Shown here piece after piece: positions 9,895-18,198 of a stretch of DNA of 64,000 nt. The DNA lies in the IMG/VR virus record IMGVR_UViG_2974499565_000001, positions 38,703 to 102,702 of that record. One strand, 5' to 3'. A program made the translations under genes and the position numbers. The notes under the pieces were generated by a model. It had not been told where the DNA came from, searched no databases, and saw only the letters and a list, made by a program, of their open reading frames with translations. Origin of the DNA: a virus (lineage: Duplodnaviria; Heunggongvirae; Uroviricota; Caudoviricetes; Demerecviridae). Position 1 is the first letter of the stretch, and the number at the start of each line of letters is the position of its first letter.

Positions 9895-10284
9895 GCAGTA
9901 TGAATAAGTTATCGTACCTCAGTGCTGCGCTCTCTTAACTCTTATCCAGATCAGAACCTAGGTCATTGGCCGCTAAGCCGATTCTGATTGCCCTCACTAT
10001 CCTATTGGTAGGTGGCTACTGGACGTGTCACCATTCGCTGCTCTTTTCGTTCGCACCCCCATATAAAGCTCTGCCTATATAACGAGCTAAATATGCACGG
10101 TTTGGATTTACCTTTCCGAATTCAGGGTACGCAGATCACTTAATTGATAATTAACTAATGCAGTATAAACACTAGTAATAGTTAAAACAACCCTTAATGG
10201 GGCAGCCTAACTGTTCCGTATTGCGGATTGTAAACAAGAAAAATTAGCAAAATCAATTTTTACTAATGTCTCTCAATTCAATAT

Positions 10285-10320
10285 AAATATTATATCAAGA
10301 TTTTGAGCATCCTGCAAGTA
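10285..10320 (-). promoter_or_regulatory. Phage early-type promoter (minus strand) ~400 nt upstream of the large helicase gene
   Basis: Reverse complement gives TTGCAG (-35, 10312..10317), 16-bp spacer, TATAAT (-10, 10290..10295), then ATATTTATATTGAATTGAGAG. Confidence 0.5.
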
Positions 10321-10408
10321 AAATTTTTCCGAAGGTGCTATCAGTGTCTTTGAGCACAGAGAAAACCGAGCCAAAATGACTCGGTAATCAGGATTGGACT
10401 AATGAAAA

Positions 10409-10804
10409 TCAATCATCATTTAGGCCTGGAACATAGATCCCAATGCGATTTAATTGACCTTTAGCTTCTTCGAGAATATCTTCGGTGTACTCCCAAATAT
10501 CATCTTCTACTTGCAAAAGATAAGGGGATTCACCAGTTTCGGGGTCACGTGTAATGGCTAAGCCACGTGGATGGAATATAGAGAAGTTGAGAGCAACAAT
10601 CAAGCCCATGCTGGACAATTCATTCCAGTCAGCTTCCCAGCCATCATCTTCATCTTCGTCCACAAAGACACCTACACTAGGGTCTGTTACAGAAGTAAAC
10701 GGAAATGTTACACTAACCTTATCAACCCCCAACCAACGTGCAAGGAGCCCTTCAGCACGCTCTACCAAACTAGGATCTATCTGACGCCAAAATACTTGTT
10801 CCAT
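10409..10804 (-). CDS. Hypothetical protein, tandem paralog A
   Basis: 131-aa ORF. Its 'GLIVALNFSIFHP...YVPGL' core is paralogous to the 10814..11242 product. Confidence 0.45.
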   Translation of the reverse strand: MEQVFWRQIDPSLVERAEGLLARWLGVDKVSVTFPFTSVTDPSVGVFVDEDEDDGWEADWNELSSMGLIVALNFSIFHPRGLAITRDPETGESPYLLQVEDDIWEYTEDILEEAKGQLNRIGIYVPGLNDD

Positions 10805-10813
10805 TCTGCCTCC

Positions 10814-11242
10814 TTAAGCAGTTAAACCTGGGATCATATACCCGAAACGACGAAGTTTCTGAATCCCCTCATTTACTTCTTCGGGCGAATATGACCAGCC
10901 CTCACGTTCATTTACCTGGAAAGCAGGAGCTTCACCAGTGCGATAGTTTACAATAAGACGGTGATTTGCAGGCATAAACAGCTTATGGTTCAAGGCAAAA
11001 ACCAGACCCATTTCATCTAGTTCTTTCCAGTCTACAATCTCTTCTACTCCCTCCCCTAAATCCACGCTAACTCCAATACACGGAGCTTCCTCTAGCGGGC
11101 CTTTAAAGGATAAGAAGATATCGTTATTCTCACACCAAATCTTGAGCAGATTGATGGTTTCATTATACATACCATTAGGGAGAGAGCGCCAGAAGTTGAG
11201 GAGCATAGGGTTTACCTCTTTCATGAAAAGATTATCGAACAT
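10814..11242 (-). CDS. Hypothetical protein, tandem paralog B
   Basis: 142-aa ORF, 'GLVFALNHKLFMP...MIPGL'. Confidence 0.45.
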   Translation of the reverse strand: MFDNLFMKEVNPMLLNFWRSLPNGMYNETINLLKIWCENNDIFLSFKGPLEEAPCIGVSVDLGEGVEEIVDWKELDEMGLVFALNHKLFMPANHRLIVNYRTGEAPAFQVNEREGWSYSPEEVNEGIQKLRRFGYMIPGLTA

Positions 11243-11244
11243 AT

Positions 11245-11784
11245 TTACACCTTGAGTTTCTGAAGAGCCTTACACATTTCAAGATCTGGACTAAATTCCA
11301 GCATATAGCTGATAGCATTTAAATCTTGAAGGTTTATTCCAGTCCTGCCATTTACAATAACAGTAGGAAATTGATACATCATAGCACCAGCATCATCTAG
11401 GACACACCAATGCTTGAGCTTATGTTTTTCGACGAAACGTAAGACAGAATTACCACGAGATAAACCGCCACCAGTAAAATCTGTTGTACCAAGAAAACGA
11501 TCGATCAAACCGAGCCCGGTCATAATCTGAACGTTCTCCATCTCGTTTCGTACAGAAAACCATGAAGATACCCCAACAATCATTATTAGAGAAGGTTTAA
11601 GGAAGTTCTGAAAAGCCTGGAGTAATGGTTTATAAACCCAATCACTGCCAAAGAACAGCTTTTCATTATCTGGAGCATGATGGTGAGAGATGCTCGAATT
11701 GAGCACCCCATCAATATCCAGGAAAATCACAGGAGTATTACTTATTTCCACCAGTAGCATCCCACGTCCAGACTTTAACTTCAT
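11245..11784 (-). CDS. HAD-superfamily hydrolase-like protein
   Basis: HAD motif I 'VIFLDIDGVLN'. Likely start at the internal M (MLLVEIS, ~11760). Confidence 0.45.
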   Translation of the reverse strand: MKLKSGRGMLLVEISNTPVIFLDIDGVLNSSISHHHAPDNEKLFFGSDWVYKPLLQAFQNFLKPSLIMIVGVSSWFSVRNEMENVQIMTGLGLIDRFLGTTDFTGGGLSRGNSVLRFVEKHKLKHWCVLDDAGAMMYQFPTVIVNGRTGINLQDLNAISYMLEFSPDLEMCKALQKLKV

Positions 11785-11923
11785 CAGTAAAAGGAACTGG
11801 AACCTTCAGTTCACCTTTACCCCACATAACAGATAGGAACAGAGAATAAATGGTAATCATACCAATTAGGTTGACAAACCATACTAGACCTTTCCAGATA
11901 CCCTTAAAAATCTTTTTTATCAT
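11738..11923 (-). CDS. Small membrane protein
   Basis: 61-aa ORF with a hydrophobic helix 'GLVWFVNLIGMITIYSLFLSV'. Confidence 0.3.
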   Translation of the reverse strand: MIKKIFKGIWKGLVWFVNLIGMITIYSLFLSVMWGKGELKVPVPFTDEVKVWTWDATGGNK

Positions 11924-12135
11924 TCATTCTCCTCTAGGAACGCTTTATGTTCCGGTGTGTCGATATAGATTACACAGAAATCATCTGACATATAATCCAT
12001 TTCCCACAACTCTTCACGATAGCACCATGTTTTATCTGGCCATACAATTATATCATCAGGGTGTCTTTTAGGTGATTTGTAAAATCGGGGGTCTGATCCC
12101 ATATCTCCCATTTTACCCTTATTAGGATGCGACAT
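11920..12135 (-). CDS. Hypothetical protein
   Basis: 71-aa ORF. Confidence 0.35.
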   Translation of the reverse strand: MSHPNKGKMGDMGSDPRFYKSPKRHPDDIIVWPDKTWCYREELWEMDYMSDDFCVIYIDTPEHKAFLEENE

Positions 12136-12964
12136 AAATAGTTCCTTCCATAAAGGCTTCTACTTGACCAATGAAATGCTTGTTACCAAAAACTTCGGCA
12201 GCTCCAGCACGCCATATAGTAACACCACGTTTCTCATACTCAAGCTGTTCGTCATAACGAACTTGTGGGTTAACAACCATCATCTTAGTTCCACGACATA
12301 CAGCAGGAAATAGCTCCCAGTTGAAGTCGATTACTTGGTTGCTACAACCTACTACAATAACCATATCATTGCTAGTAAGTGTATCAAACAGGTTAATCTG
12401 ACCCATATACCACGGAGCCGTCTCACCAAAGAATGTTACGTTTGGTTTTACCCATTCGTAATCCTCAGGGGCAATCGCAGTATACCCAACATCTTCGATG
12501 ATTTGGTTGCGACCCTGACGATAGATCACCTCTTTCAAGTACCCGTGAGCGTGAGTGATTTCATCACGAGGGATACCAGCACGTTCCAGAAGGTCATCAA
12601 CGTTAGTAGTGAAGTTCTTCACGCTATCCGCACCATAACGCTGGAACCATTCTGCAATTCGCAGATGGGCAATGTTAGGCTCAACAGTCTGTAATTCCTG
12701 ACGACGCATGTTGTAGAACTCATGAGTCTTGAGATACAGATCGTTACCATCTTCATCAATGCCAGGGAAACGAGCACTGAAGTAGTTAGGATCATCTTCA
12801 CCACAGAAGCGACGGAAGCCAGCTTCAAAGTTAGGCAAGCTACATACTTCCTCTAGATCGTACTCATCCCACAAGGATTTCCCACTAGCAGTATCAGTAC
12901 GGAAAGCACGAACACCACTATCTACACTCAAACCTGCACCACTAACAACGATTAGTCTACGCAT
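12122..12964 (-). CDS. SIR2-family (sirtuin-like) NAD-binding protein
   Basis: Motifs 'VVSGAGLSVDSGVRAFR' (GAGIS..SGIP.FR-like), 'TNVDDL' (TQNID-like) and 'ITHAHG'. Start taken at M36 (12964), where ATG overlaps the upstream stop. Confidence 0.5.
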   Translation of the reverse strand: MRRLIVVSGAGLSVDSGVRAFRTDTASGKSLWDEYDLEEVCSLPNFEAGFRRFCGEDDPNYFSARFPGIDEDGNDLYLKTHEFYNMRRQELQTVEPNIAHLRIAEWFQRYGADSVKNFTTNVDDLLERAGIPRDEITHAHGYLKEVIYRQGRNQIIEDVGYTAIAPEDYEWVKPNVTFFGETAPWYMGQINLFDTLTSNDMVIVVGCSNQVIDFNWELFPAVCRGTKMMVVNPQVRYDEQLEYEKRGVTIWRAGAAEVFGNKHFIGQVEAFMEGTIYVAS

Positions 12965-13158
12965 TATACGATTCCTTGCTTGAATCCTTCGATGATACTT
13001 TTGATTAGAGCTGTTTCTTCTGGACGAATATGTTTCTTCTCTAGCAACATTTCTAACCCAGCAACACACGTAGAAATACCGGCGTTATATACAATATTCC
13101 ACTGCTCCATTAACATGCTCTCTAACTCACTGCTTAGCTGCTTGCTCAAGAAGTCCAT
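12964..13158 (-). CDS. Hypothetical protein
   Basis: 64-aa ORF. Its stop overlaps the SIR2-like start. Confidence 0.35.
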   Translation of the reverse strand: MDFLSKQLSSELESMLMEQWNIVYNAGISTCVAGLEMLLEKKHIRPEETALIKSIIEGFKQGIV

Positions 13159-13330
13159 ACAGTTTCTCCTCTAGTTCCATAATACGATTTTCATAAGAAG
13201 CACGTAGCTTCTCAATGGACAAAGCACGAACCGTAACTTCACCTGAGTTAATCGCTAGCTGAGCTAGGTCTTCCGTTTCCATACGTCCATTGTAAATTAA
13301 GCGATATTTAAGATGTTTTACGTTTTTCAT
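13127..13330 (-). CDS. Hypothetical protein
   Basis: 67-aa ORF. Confidence 0.3.
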   Translation of the reverse strand: MKNVKHLKYRLIYNGRMETEDLAQLAINSGEVTVRALSIEKLRASYENRIMELEEKLYGLLEQAAKQ

Positions 13331-13584
13331 TCTTCGACCTTATAAATTGTTTCTGTAGAGATACTACCAGCTTTTTCGATATAATCAATTGTTACATGAC
13401 CAAAGCCTTTACGAATGTATCGGATTCTAAAGTGCTTTGCCTTTCACAACCGAACGCAGCACAACACGTTCATCAAAGTAACCTAACCAATCAAGAGCCT
13501 TACGTTCTTCACTAGGCTCTCCCAGGTGTGAAACGTCTACTTTAGGAAGTAATTCGCGCATAGCTTTCTCCTCTCAAATTTATA

Positions 13585-13620
13585 AATCAATTATACATAA
13601 GTTTTAGCTTGAAAGCAAAT
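13585..13620 (-). promoter_or_regulatory. Phage early-type promoter (minus strand)
   Basis: Reverse complement gives TTGCTT (-35, 13613..13618), 17-bp spacer, TATAAT (-10, 13590..13595), then ATAAATTTGAGAGGAG. Confidence 0.55.
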
Positions 13621-13624
13621 AAAA

Positions 13625-13655
13625 TAAAAGCCAGATCGACTAGCAACCCGGCTGA
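13625..13655 (-). terminator. Terminator downstream of nrdD
   Basis: Minus-strand stem AGCC...GGCT followed by TTTTATTTTATTT. Confidence 0.4.
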
Positions 13656-13660
13656 TTAGC

Positions 13661-15487
13661 TTACTTAAGATTTAAGTGTTTTACTCTACCAAGAACTTCT
13701 TTTTGTTTCCCGGAATTGAAAGGCCTACTGCCAGGGGATCCCAAGTACCCGCAAACCCTACGTGTAACCTCTATTTCTTCAGACCCACAACTCGGACATA
13801 CAAACCCACGTTCAGAGGCAACAGATTCACCCATATACCCACAGTTGAAGCACTCATCAATTGGTATATTAACACCAATATAATGGCTACATTCTAGCCC
13901 CTTATCCACCACATACTCAAGAGCTTTGTGGAACTTTTTCATTTGAGGTAGTTCCACAAATGATATATTACCACCATTAGCTATTTTGGTAAAATGAGCC
14001 TCGTACTCAAATTTAGTATCTGGAGCTACCTTCTCTCTTACGTCCAAATGGTGACTATTAGTAAGATAGCCTTTGTCTGTTAACCAAGAATACTCTGGGA
14101 ATCTACGTTCTAGTAATTTATTAAAACGATTACATAGAGACTCACTAGGAGTAGCATACAAGCTAAACCCAAGATTAGTCTCATTAGCTTTAACTTCGCA
14201 ACGATTTTTTAGGTGAGTGAGAACTTCCTCTGTAAATTCAATACAGTCCCTATGAGTCTGTGGTAAACTAAACATTATTTGGCACATCTCATAGACCCCA
14301 ATATACCCAAGAGATACAGAGGATCTACCTTCAAAAATAGGCCATACATATTCTTCCCCTTCTAAACGTACACCAAAACCACCGTGCATATAAAGAATAG
14401 GGGCTTGTTTAGCCTTAACTTTCTTCAGTCTGTTTAAGAAGAAGTCATGCGCTTCAAAAGCCTCATCCACATATTTGTCTAGAATATCCCAGAAATCTTC
14501 AAAAACTCCATCTGCCTCAGCAGCAACCATAGGTAGATTGATAGACACAACACCTAAATTATTACGCCCTGCAATTTCTCCAGAGGGGATAGCAGATAAA
14601 AAACTACGACAACCCATAGGGGCTTTAAAATCACCAGTAACAGCTACAACTCTCTCGTAACTTAAATAGTCTGGGTACATACGAGTAGCAGAACACTCAA
14701 GTGCTAGCTGTTTTATATCATAGTTAGGATCACCTGGATTTTTATTTAACCCTTCTTTAACTGAGAATACTAGTTTAGGGAAGATAGGGGTTGACTCAGC
14801 AGCACCTAAACCTTTAATACGATTTTGGAGGATGGCTTTCTGAATCATCCTTTCCTCCCACTCCTGACCTAATCCAAAGCCAAGCGTAACAAAAGGGGTC
14901 TGCCCATTAGAGTTAAATAATGAATTAGTTTCATACTCTAGAGCTTGGAATGCATCATAACACTCTTTTTCAGTAAGCTCAGTAGCATACACAGCAGCTT
15001 TTCTTTCATCCTTGAGCCAACGTAGCCCACGACCCAGATGTTTATTGTAAGACTTTCTGACATATGGGGCTAGAACCTCGTCGATACGATCAATAGAGGT
15101 GCCACCATACTGAGCACCAGATACTTGGGCAATAATCTGAGCAGTGATTGCACATGCAGTAGTTATGGATTTAGGAGTTTCAATATTTGCATTACCAATT
15201 TTAGTACCATTCTTCAGCATGCCACCAAGGTCTACTAAGCAACAGTTAGTGTACCCCTGCGCCCTGTAATCCATATCATGAATGTGTATCTTACCTAGAT
15301 TATGGGCGTCTAATAGATGTTTGGGTAATTCCTGCGATACTAAATATTTGTTGATTTCTCCGGCCAATAAGTCTCTTTGAGTATGGAACATCTCACTAGG
15401 CTTATTAGCATTATTATGCTGTAAGTCCTTATCCGCAGTTAGAGTGAGCAGACCTTTGCAATTCTCAATTAATTCATTCTCTGTCAT
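13661..15487 (-). CDS. nrdD: Anaerobic ribonucleoside-triphosphate reductase (class III RNR)
   Basis: 608 aa. C-terminal glycyl-radical motif 'RVCGYLGSP'. Zn-ribbon 'CFNCGYMGE...CPSCGS'. Confidence 0.8.
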   Translation of the reverse strand: MTENELIENCKGLLTLTADKDLQHNNANKPSEMFHTQRDLLAGEINKYLVSQELPKHLLDAHNLGKIHIHDMDYRAQGYTNCCLVDLGGMLKNGTKIGNANIETPKSITTACAITAQIIAQVSGAQYGGTSIDRIDEVLAPYVRKSYNKHLGRGLRWLKDERKAAVYATELTEKECYDAFQALEYETNSLFNSNGQTPFVTLGFGLGQEWEERMIQKAILQNRIKGLGAAESTPIFPKLVFSVKEGLNKNPGDPNYDIKQLALECSATRMYPDYLSYERVVAVTGDFKAPMGCRSFLSAIPSGEIAGRNNLGVVSINLPMVAAEADGVFEDFWDILDKYVDEAFEAHDFFLNRLKKVKAKQAPILYMHGGFGVRLEGEEYVWPIFEGRSSVSLGYIGVYEMCQIMFSLPQTHRDCIEFTEEVLTHLKNRCEVKANETNLGFSLYATPSESLCNRFNKLLERRFPEYSWLTDKGYLTNSHHLDVREKVAPDTKFEYEAHFTKIANGGNISFVELPQMKKFHKALEYVVDKGLECSHYIGVNIPIDECFNCGYMGESVASERGFVCPSCGSEEIEVTRRVCGYLGSPGSRPFNSGKQKEVLGRVKHLNLK

Positions 15488-16379
15488 TGATCATTTCCTC
15501 GATAAACTTTATAGCTACTTTTGGTTCAATATTGAAGAATTCCGTAGCGCCGTCAAAATCTTTGTACTGGCAATTCTGCTCTTTAAAGTAGTTATGGGCT
15601 AATTTTTCTATTCGAACTGCACTACTATATTCTCCAATCTCAAATACTTTAATTATTTCCAAATCAATAAGGTGGCTACTAGATCTAATATGTAGAAGTC
15701 TACGCTCTGGATTGTTAGATCTACCTATTTTAACCCCATGTGAGGGGCTATACATAACATATATCCTAGTACTTTCTAAATCTCTATAACTACAGTAAGG
15801 ACAACCGTTCCCTCTTAATACAGACCCTGGAGTAGCTTCCCACCTATGCCCTGCACCACAAAGAAAGGTGGTCTTAGTATTCGCATTACTATACTCACCC
15901 ACTATTCTGATATTTCTGGCAGCAAGACGATCATTTATAGTATTAACACTAAGTTTCTGTTTATTAGTAGCACAAGATGGGCAGCCACTACCTCTATTAA
16001 TTATACTATTAAGTGTAGTAGCCCACTCATGACCACAAACACACCTAAATTTAGTATTTATATCGGCACTATTTTTATAGCCGTTCAACAATGTAATACC
16101 TCTGTCCTGTAATATAGTATTAATTTTATCAATATCTAGTTTACGGCTACTAATAGAGCAAGTAGGACACTTGGTCTTTCCATTCCTAATAGCGTCAAAT
16201 TTAGCTGTCCATTGATGACCGTATTCGCACTGATACGTATGCCTATACCTAGAATTTTGATATGGCTTATCCACCATAGTAAAACCACGCTCGGCTAGGC
16301 ATTTATCTACTTCTTCTTGAGTTAATTTTTTCGGCATTCCACTTCTCCACAGAATTTTTACACCTATTATACTAAACAT
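15474..16379 (-). CDS. Zinc-ribbon repeat protein with C-terminal T5orf172 (GIY-YIG-like) domain
   Basis: Repeated CxxC pairs (CPTC, CPSC, CPYC, CVCGH). C-terminus 'RIYVMYSPSHGVKIGRSNNPERRL...ATEFF' is T5orf172-like. Confidence 0.5.
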   Translation of the reverse strand: MFSIIGVKILWRSGMPKKLTQEEVDKCLAERGFTMVDKPYQNSRYRHTYQCEYGHQWTAKFDAIRNGKTKCPTCSISSRKLDIDKINTILQDRGITLLNGYKNSADINTKFRCVCGHEWATTLNSIINRGSGCPSCATNKQKLSVNTINDRLAARNIRIVGEYSNANTKTTFLCGAGHRWEATPGSVLRGNGCPYCSYRDLESTRIYVMYSPSHGVKIGRSNNPERRLLHIRSSSHLIDLEIIKVFEIGEYSSAVRIEKLAHNYFKEQNCQYKDFDGATEFFNIEPKVAIKFIEEMINDRE

Positions 16380-16398
16380 TATCCACTATGTCAATTAA
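16362..16398 (-). promoter_or_regulatory. Sigma70 consensus promoter (minus strand) for 15474..16379
   Basis: Reverse complement gives TTGACA (-35, 16389..16394), 17-bp spacer, TATAAT (-10, 16366..16371). Confidence 0.5.
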
Positions 16399-16519
16399 AA
16401 TTTTCTTTCGCCATCTAGTACTGTAATATTTCGCATATAAATAAATGATTATCTAGTACCATACATCTCCCAATAAAAGCAAGCAAATTTTTTATTTAAA
16501 TGCAATATCATAGGCTTAT

Positions 16520-16565
16520 TTAAAATTGTAGTTGCTTTCTCCCGTATATATTGGTATAATATATT
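16520..16565 (+). promoter_or_regulatory. Phage early-type promoter for phoH
   Basis: AAAATTGTAG TTGCTT (16532..16537), 17-bp spacer, TATAAT (16555..16560). Confidence 0.6.
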
Positions 16566-16624
16566 TGTAAGTTGATAAACAAGATCTTTTTGTTGATCCT
16601 CTGTTAGCGAAGTACACTATAGGA

Positions 16625-17386
16625 GTGTTATTTATGGGAAAAGCACGTCAAAAAAGAGAGAACCGCAATGGTTCAAGAAAGCGTGGCAACAAGTATGAGA
16701 GTAACGTAATTCAAGCAGATTTCTCTGGTGATTACGCCAATCCAGTTGCTAAATCCCTAGTTGGTAAAAACCGTGAGCAAAAATCATATATCAATATGAT
16801 CAAGAACAACACAGTGACTGTGGGTATTGGTGAACCAGGTACTGGTAAAACCTTTATTCCATCCGTTCTTGCAGCTCAGGAACTCGTAGACATTCACTCA
16901 GATATTGAGCAAGTGATCCTCGTGCGTCCGAACGAACCTCTAGGTAAATCTCTTGGTATGCTCCCAGGTGATCTAGCAGAAAAGCTAGAGCCTTGGTTGG
17001 AACCAATAGCCGATGGCATGAAATGGGCAATCGGTGATCACGCCTACAAAGGATATGTCGAACGTCAGAAAATTAAATTCCTGGCTATCGAACATGCCCG
17101 TGGCCGAACTTTCAACAACTCCTATGTAATTGTCGATGAAGCTCAGAATATCTCCGTTGAAGCAATGATCTGTCTCTTGACTCGTGTCGGACAAGATTGT
17201 CGTTTAATTATTTGTGGAGATATAGCTCAGAAAGACATCAAGGGTGATTCAGGTCTAGCACTTCTTATGGAAGTCTATGAGAAGTACGAAAACTCTCCTT
17301 TCTCTATGATCGAACTGATCGACAACGTTCGCTCACCAGAGTCTAAAGCATTCTACGATATCTTTAAGGATATGGGGAAGGTGTAA
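16625..17386 (+). CDS. phoH: PhoH-like ATPase
   Basis: Walker A 'GEPGTGKTF', Walker B 'VIVDEAQN'. Length and motif order typical of PhoH. Confidence 0.75.
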   Translation: MLFMGKARQKRENRNGSRKRGNKYESNVIQADFSGDYANPVAKSLVGKNREQKSYINMIKNNTVTVGIGEPGTGKTFIPSVLAAQELVDIHSDIEQVILVRPNEPLGKSLGMLPGDLAEKLEPWLEPIADGMKWAIGDHAYKGYVERQKIKFLAIEHARGRTFNNSYVIVDEAQNISVEAMICLLTRVGQDCRLIICGDIAQKDIKGDSGLALLMEVYEKYENSPFSMIELIDNVRSPESKAFYDIFKDMGKV

Positions 17387-17387
17387 T

Positions 17388-17630
17388 ATGGGAAACGTCG
17401 TACATCTGCACCGCAAAACTAAGATCCACCGTACTTCATTGAGTGCTGCTAATATGATTACACGTAAGGAAGGGGAAGAAAGTCCTAAGACTACCCTAGC
17501 GTGGAAAATTGTAGCCTCTAATCCAAATCGGCCTTTCAATTATAATGAATTGAGTACTTCTGTAGATATTCTCTTTAACCAAGAAATACGACAGCAATTA
17601 CTTGATCAAGCCGATAAACTTAAATGGTAA
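17388..17630 (+). CDS. Hypothetical protein
   Basis: 80-aa ORF, ATG-overlap coupled to phoH. Confidence 0.35.
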   Translation: MGNVVHLHRKTKIHRTSLSAANMITRKEGEESPKTTLAWKIVASNPNRPFNYNELSTSVDILFNQEIRQQLLDQADKLKW

Positions 17631-17692
17631 GACAGACGAGCCTGGGTATGAAAATATCCGGGCTCTTTTTATCCTTATACTGGGACACTTAA

Positions 17693-18178
17693 ATGGAAAG
17701 ACTTATATATCCAACCAAGGAAGAGCTGGAGAAAACCTTCTTTGTAGATCTTGAAACAGGAATACTAATGAGAAGGATGAAATCCGGCAAAGTAAAGATA
17801 GCTGGGACTATAACTGGAAACTATATGATTGTGTGCTACAATTACCAAAGATATATGGCGCACATCATATCCTTCATTCTAGATAAAGGATACCAGCCAG
17901 AGGGTATAATAGATCATAAAGACGGTGATACTTTAAACAACCGTCCTGATAATCTTAGGGAAGCTAGTAACACACAAAATATGTGTAATGCCAAACTAAG
18001 AAAAGATAATTCTTCTGGTTTTAAGAACGTATTCAAAGAAAGGAATAATTGGAGAGTACGTATCAGGGTTAATGGTAAGGAGTATTCTAAGAGAGGATTT
18101 CCTACCGCAGAAGCAGCTAACGAATACGCTATTAAATGGCGAGAAGAACTACATGGCGATTTCGCTAGACATGAATAA
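17693..18178 (+). CDS. HNH homing endonuclease (HNH/AP2-type)
   Basis: 'IIDHKDGDTLNNRPDNLREAS...EAANEYAIKWREELHG'. Confidence 0.65.
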   Translation: MERLIYPTKEELEKTFFVDLETGILMRRMKSGKVKIAGTITGNYMIVCYNYQRYMAHIISFILDKGYQPEGIIDHKDGDTLNNRPDNLREASNTQNMCNAKLRKDNSSGFKNVFKERNNWRVRIRVNGKEYSKRGFPTAEAANEYAIKWREELHGDFARHE

Positions 18179-18198
18179 TGTAAAATTGTACTTGCATA

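Noticed and set aside
13333-13563. Two short minus-strand reading frames (44 aa and ~32 aa) that could be one disrupted gene
   Set aside because: Both are below any reasonable size cutoff and have no recognisable motifs. They cannot be distinguished from non-coding spacer carrying a promoter and terminator.
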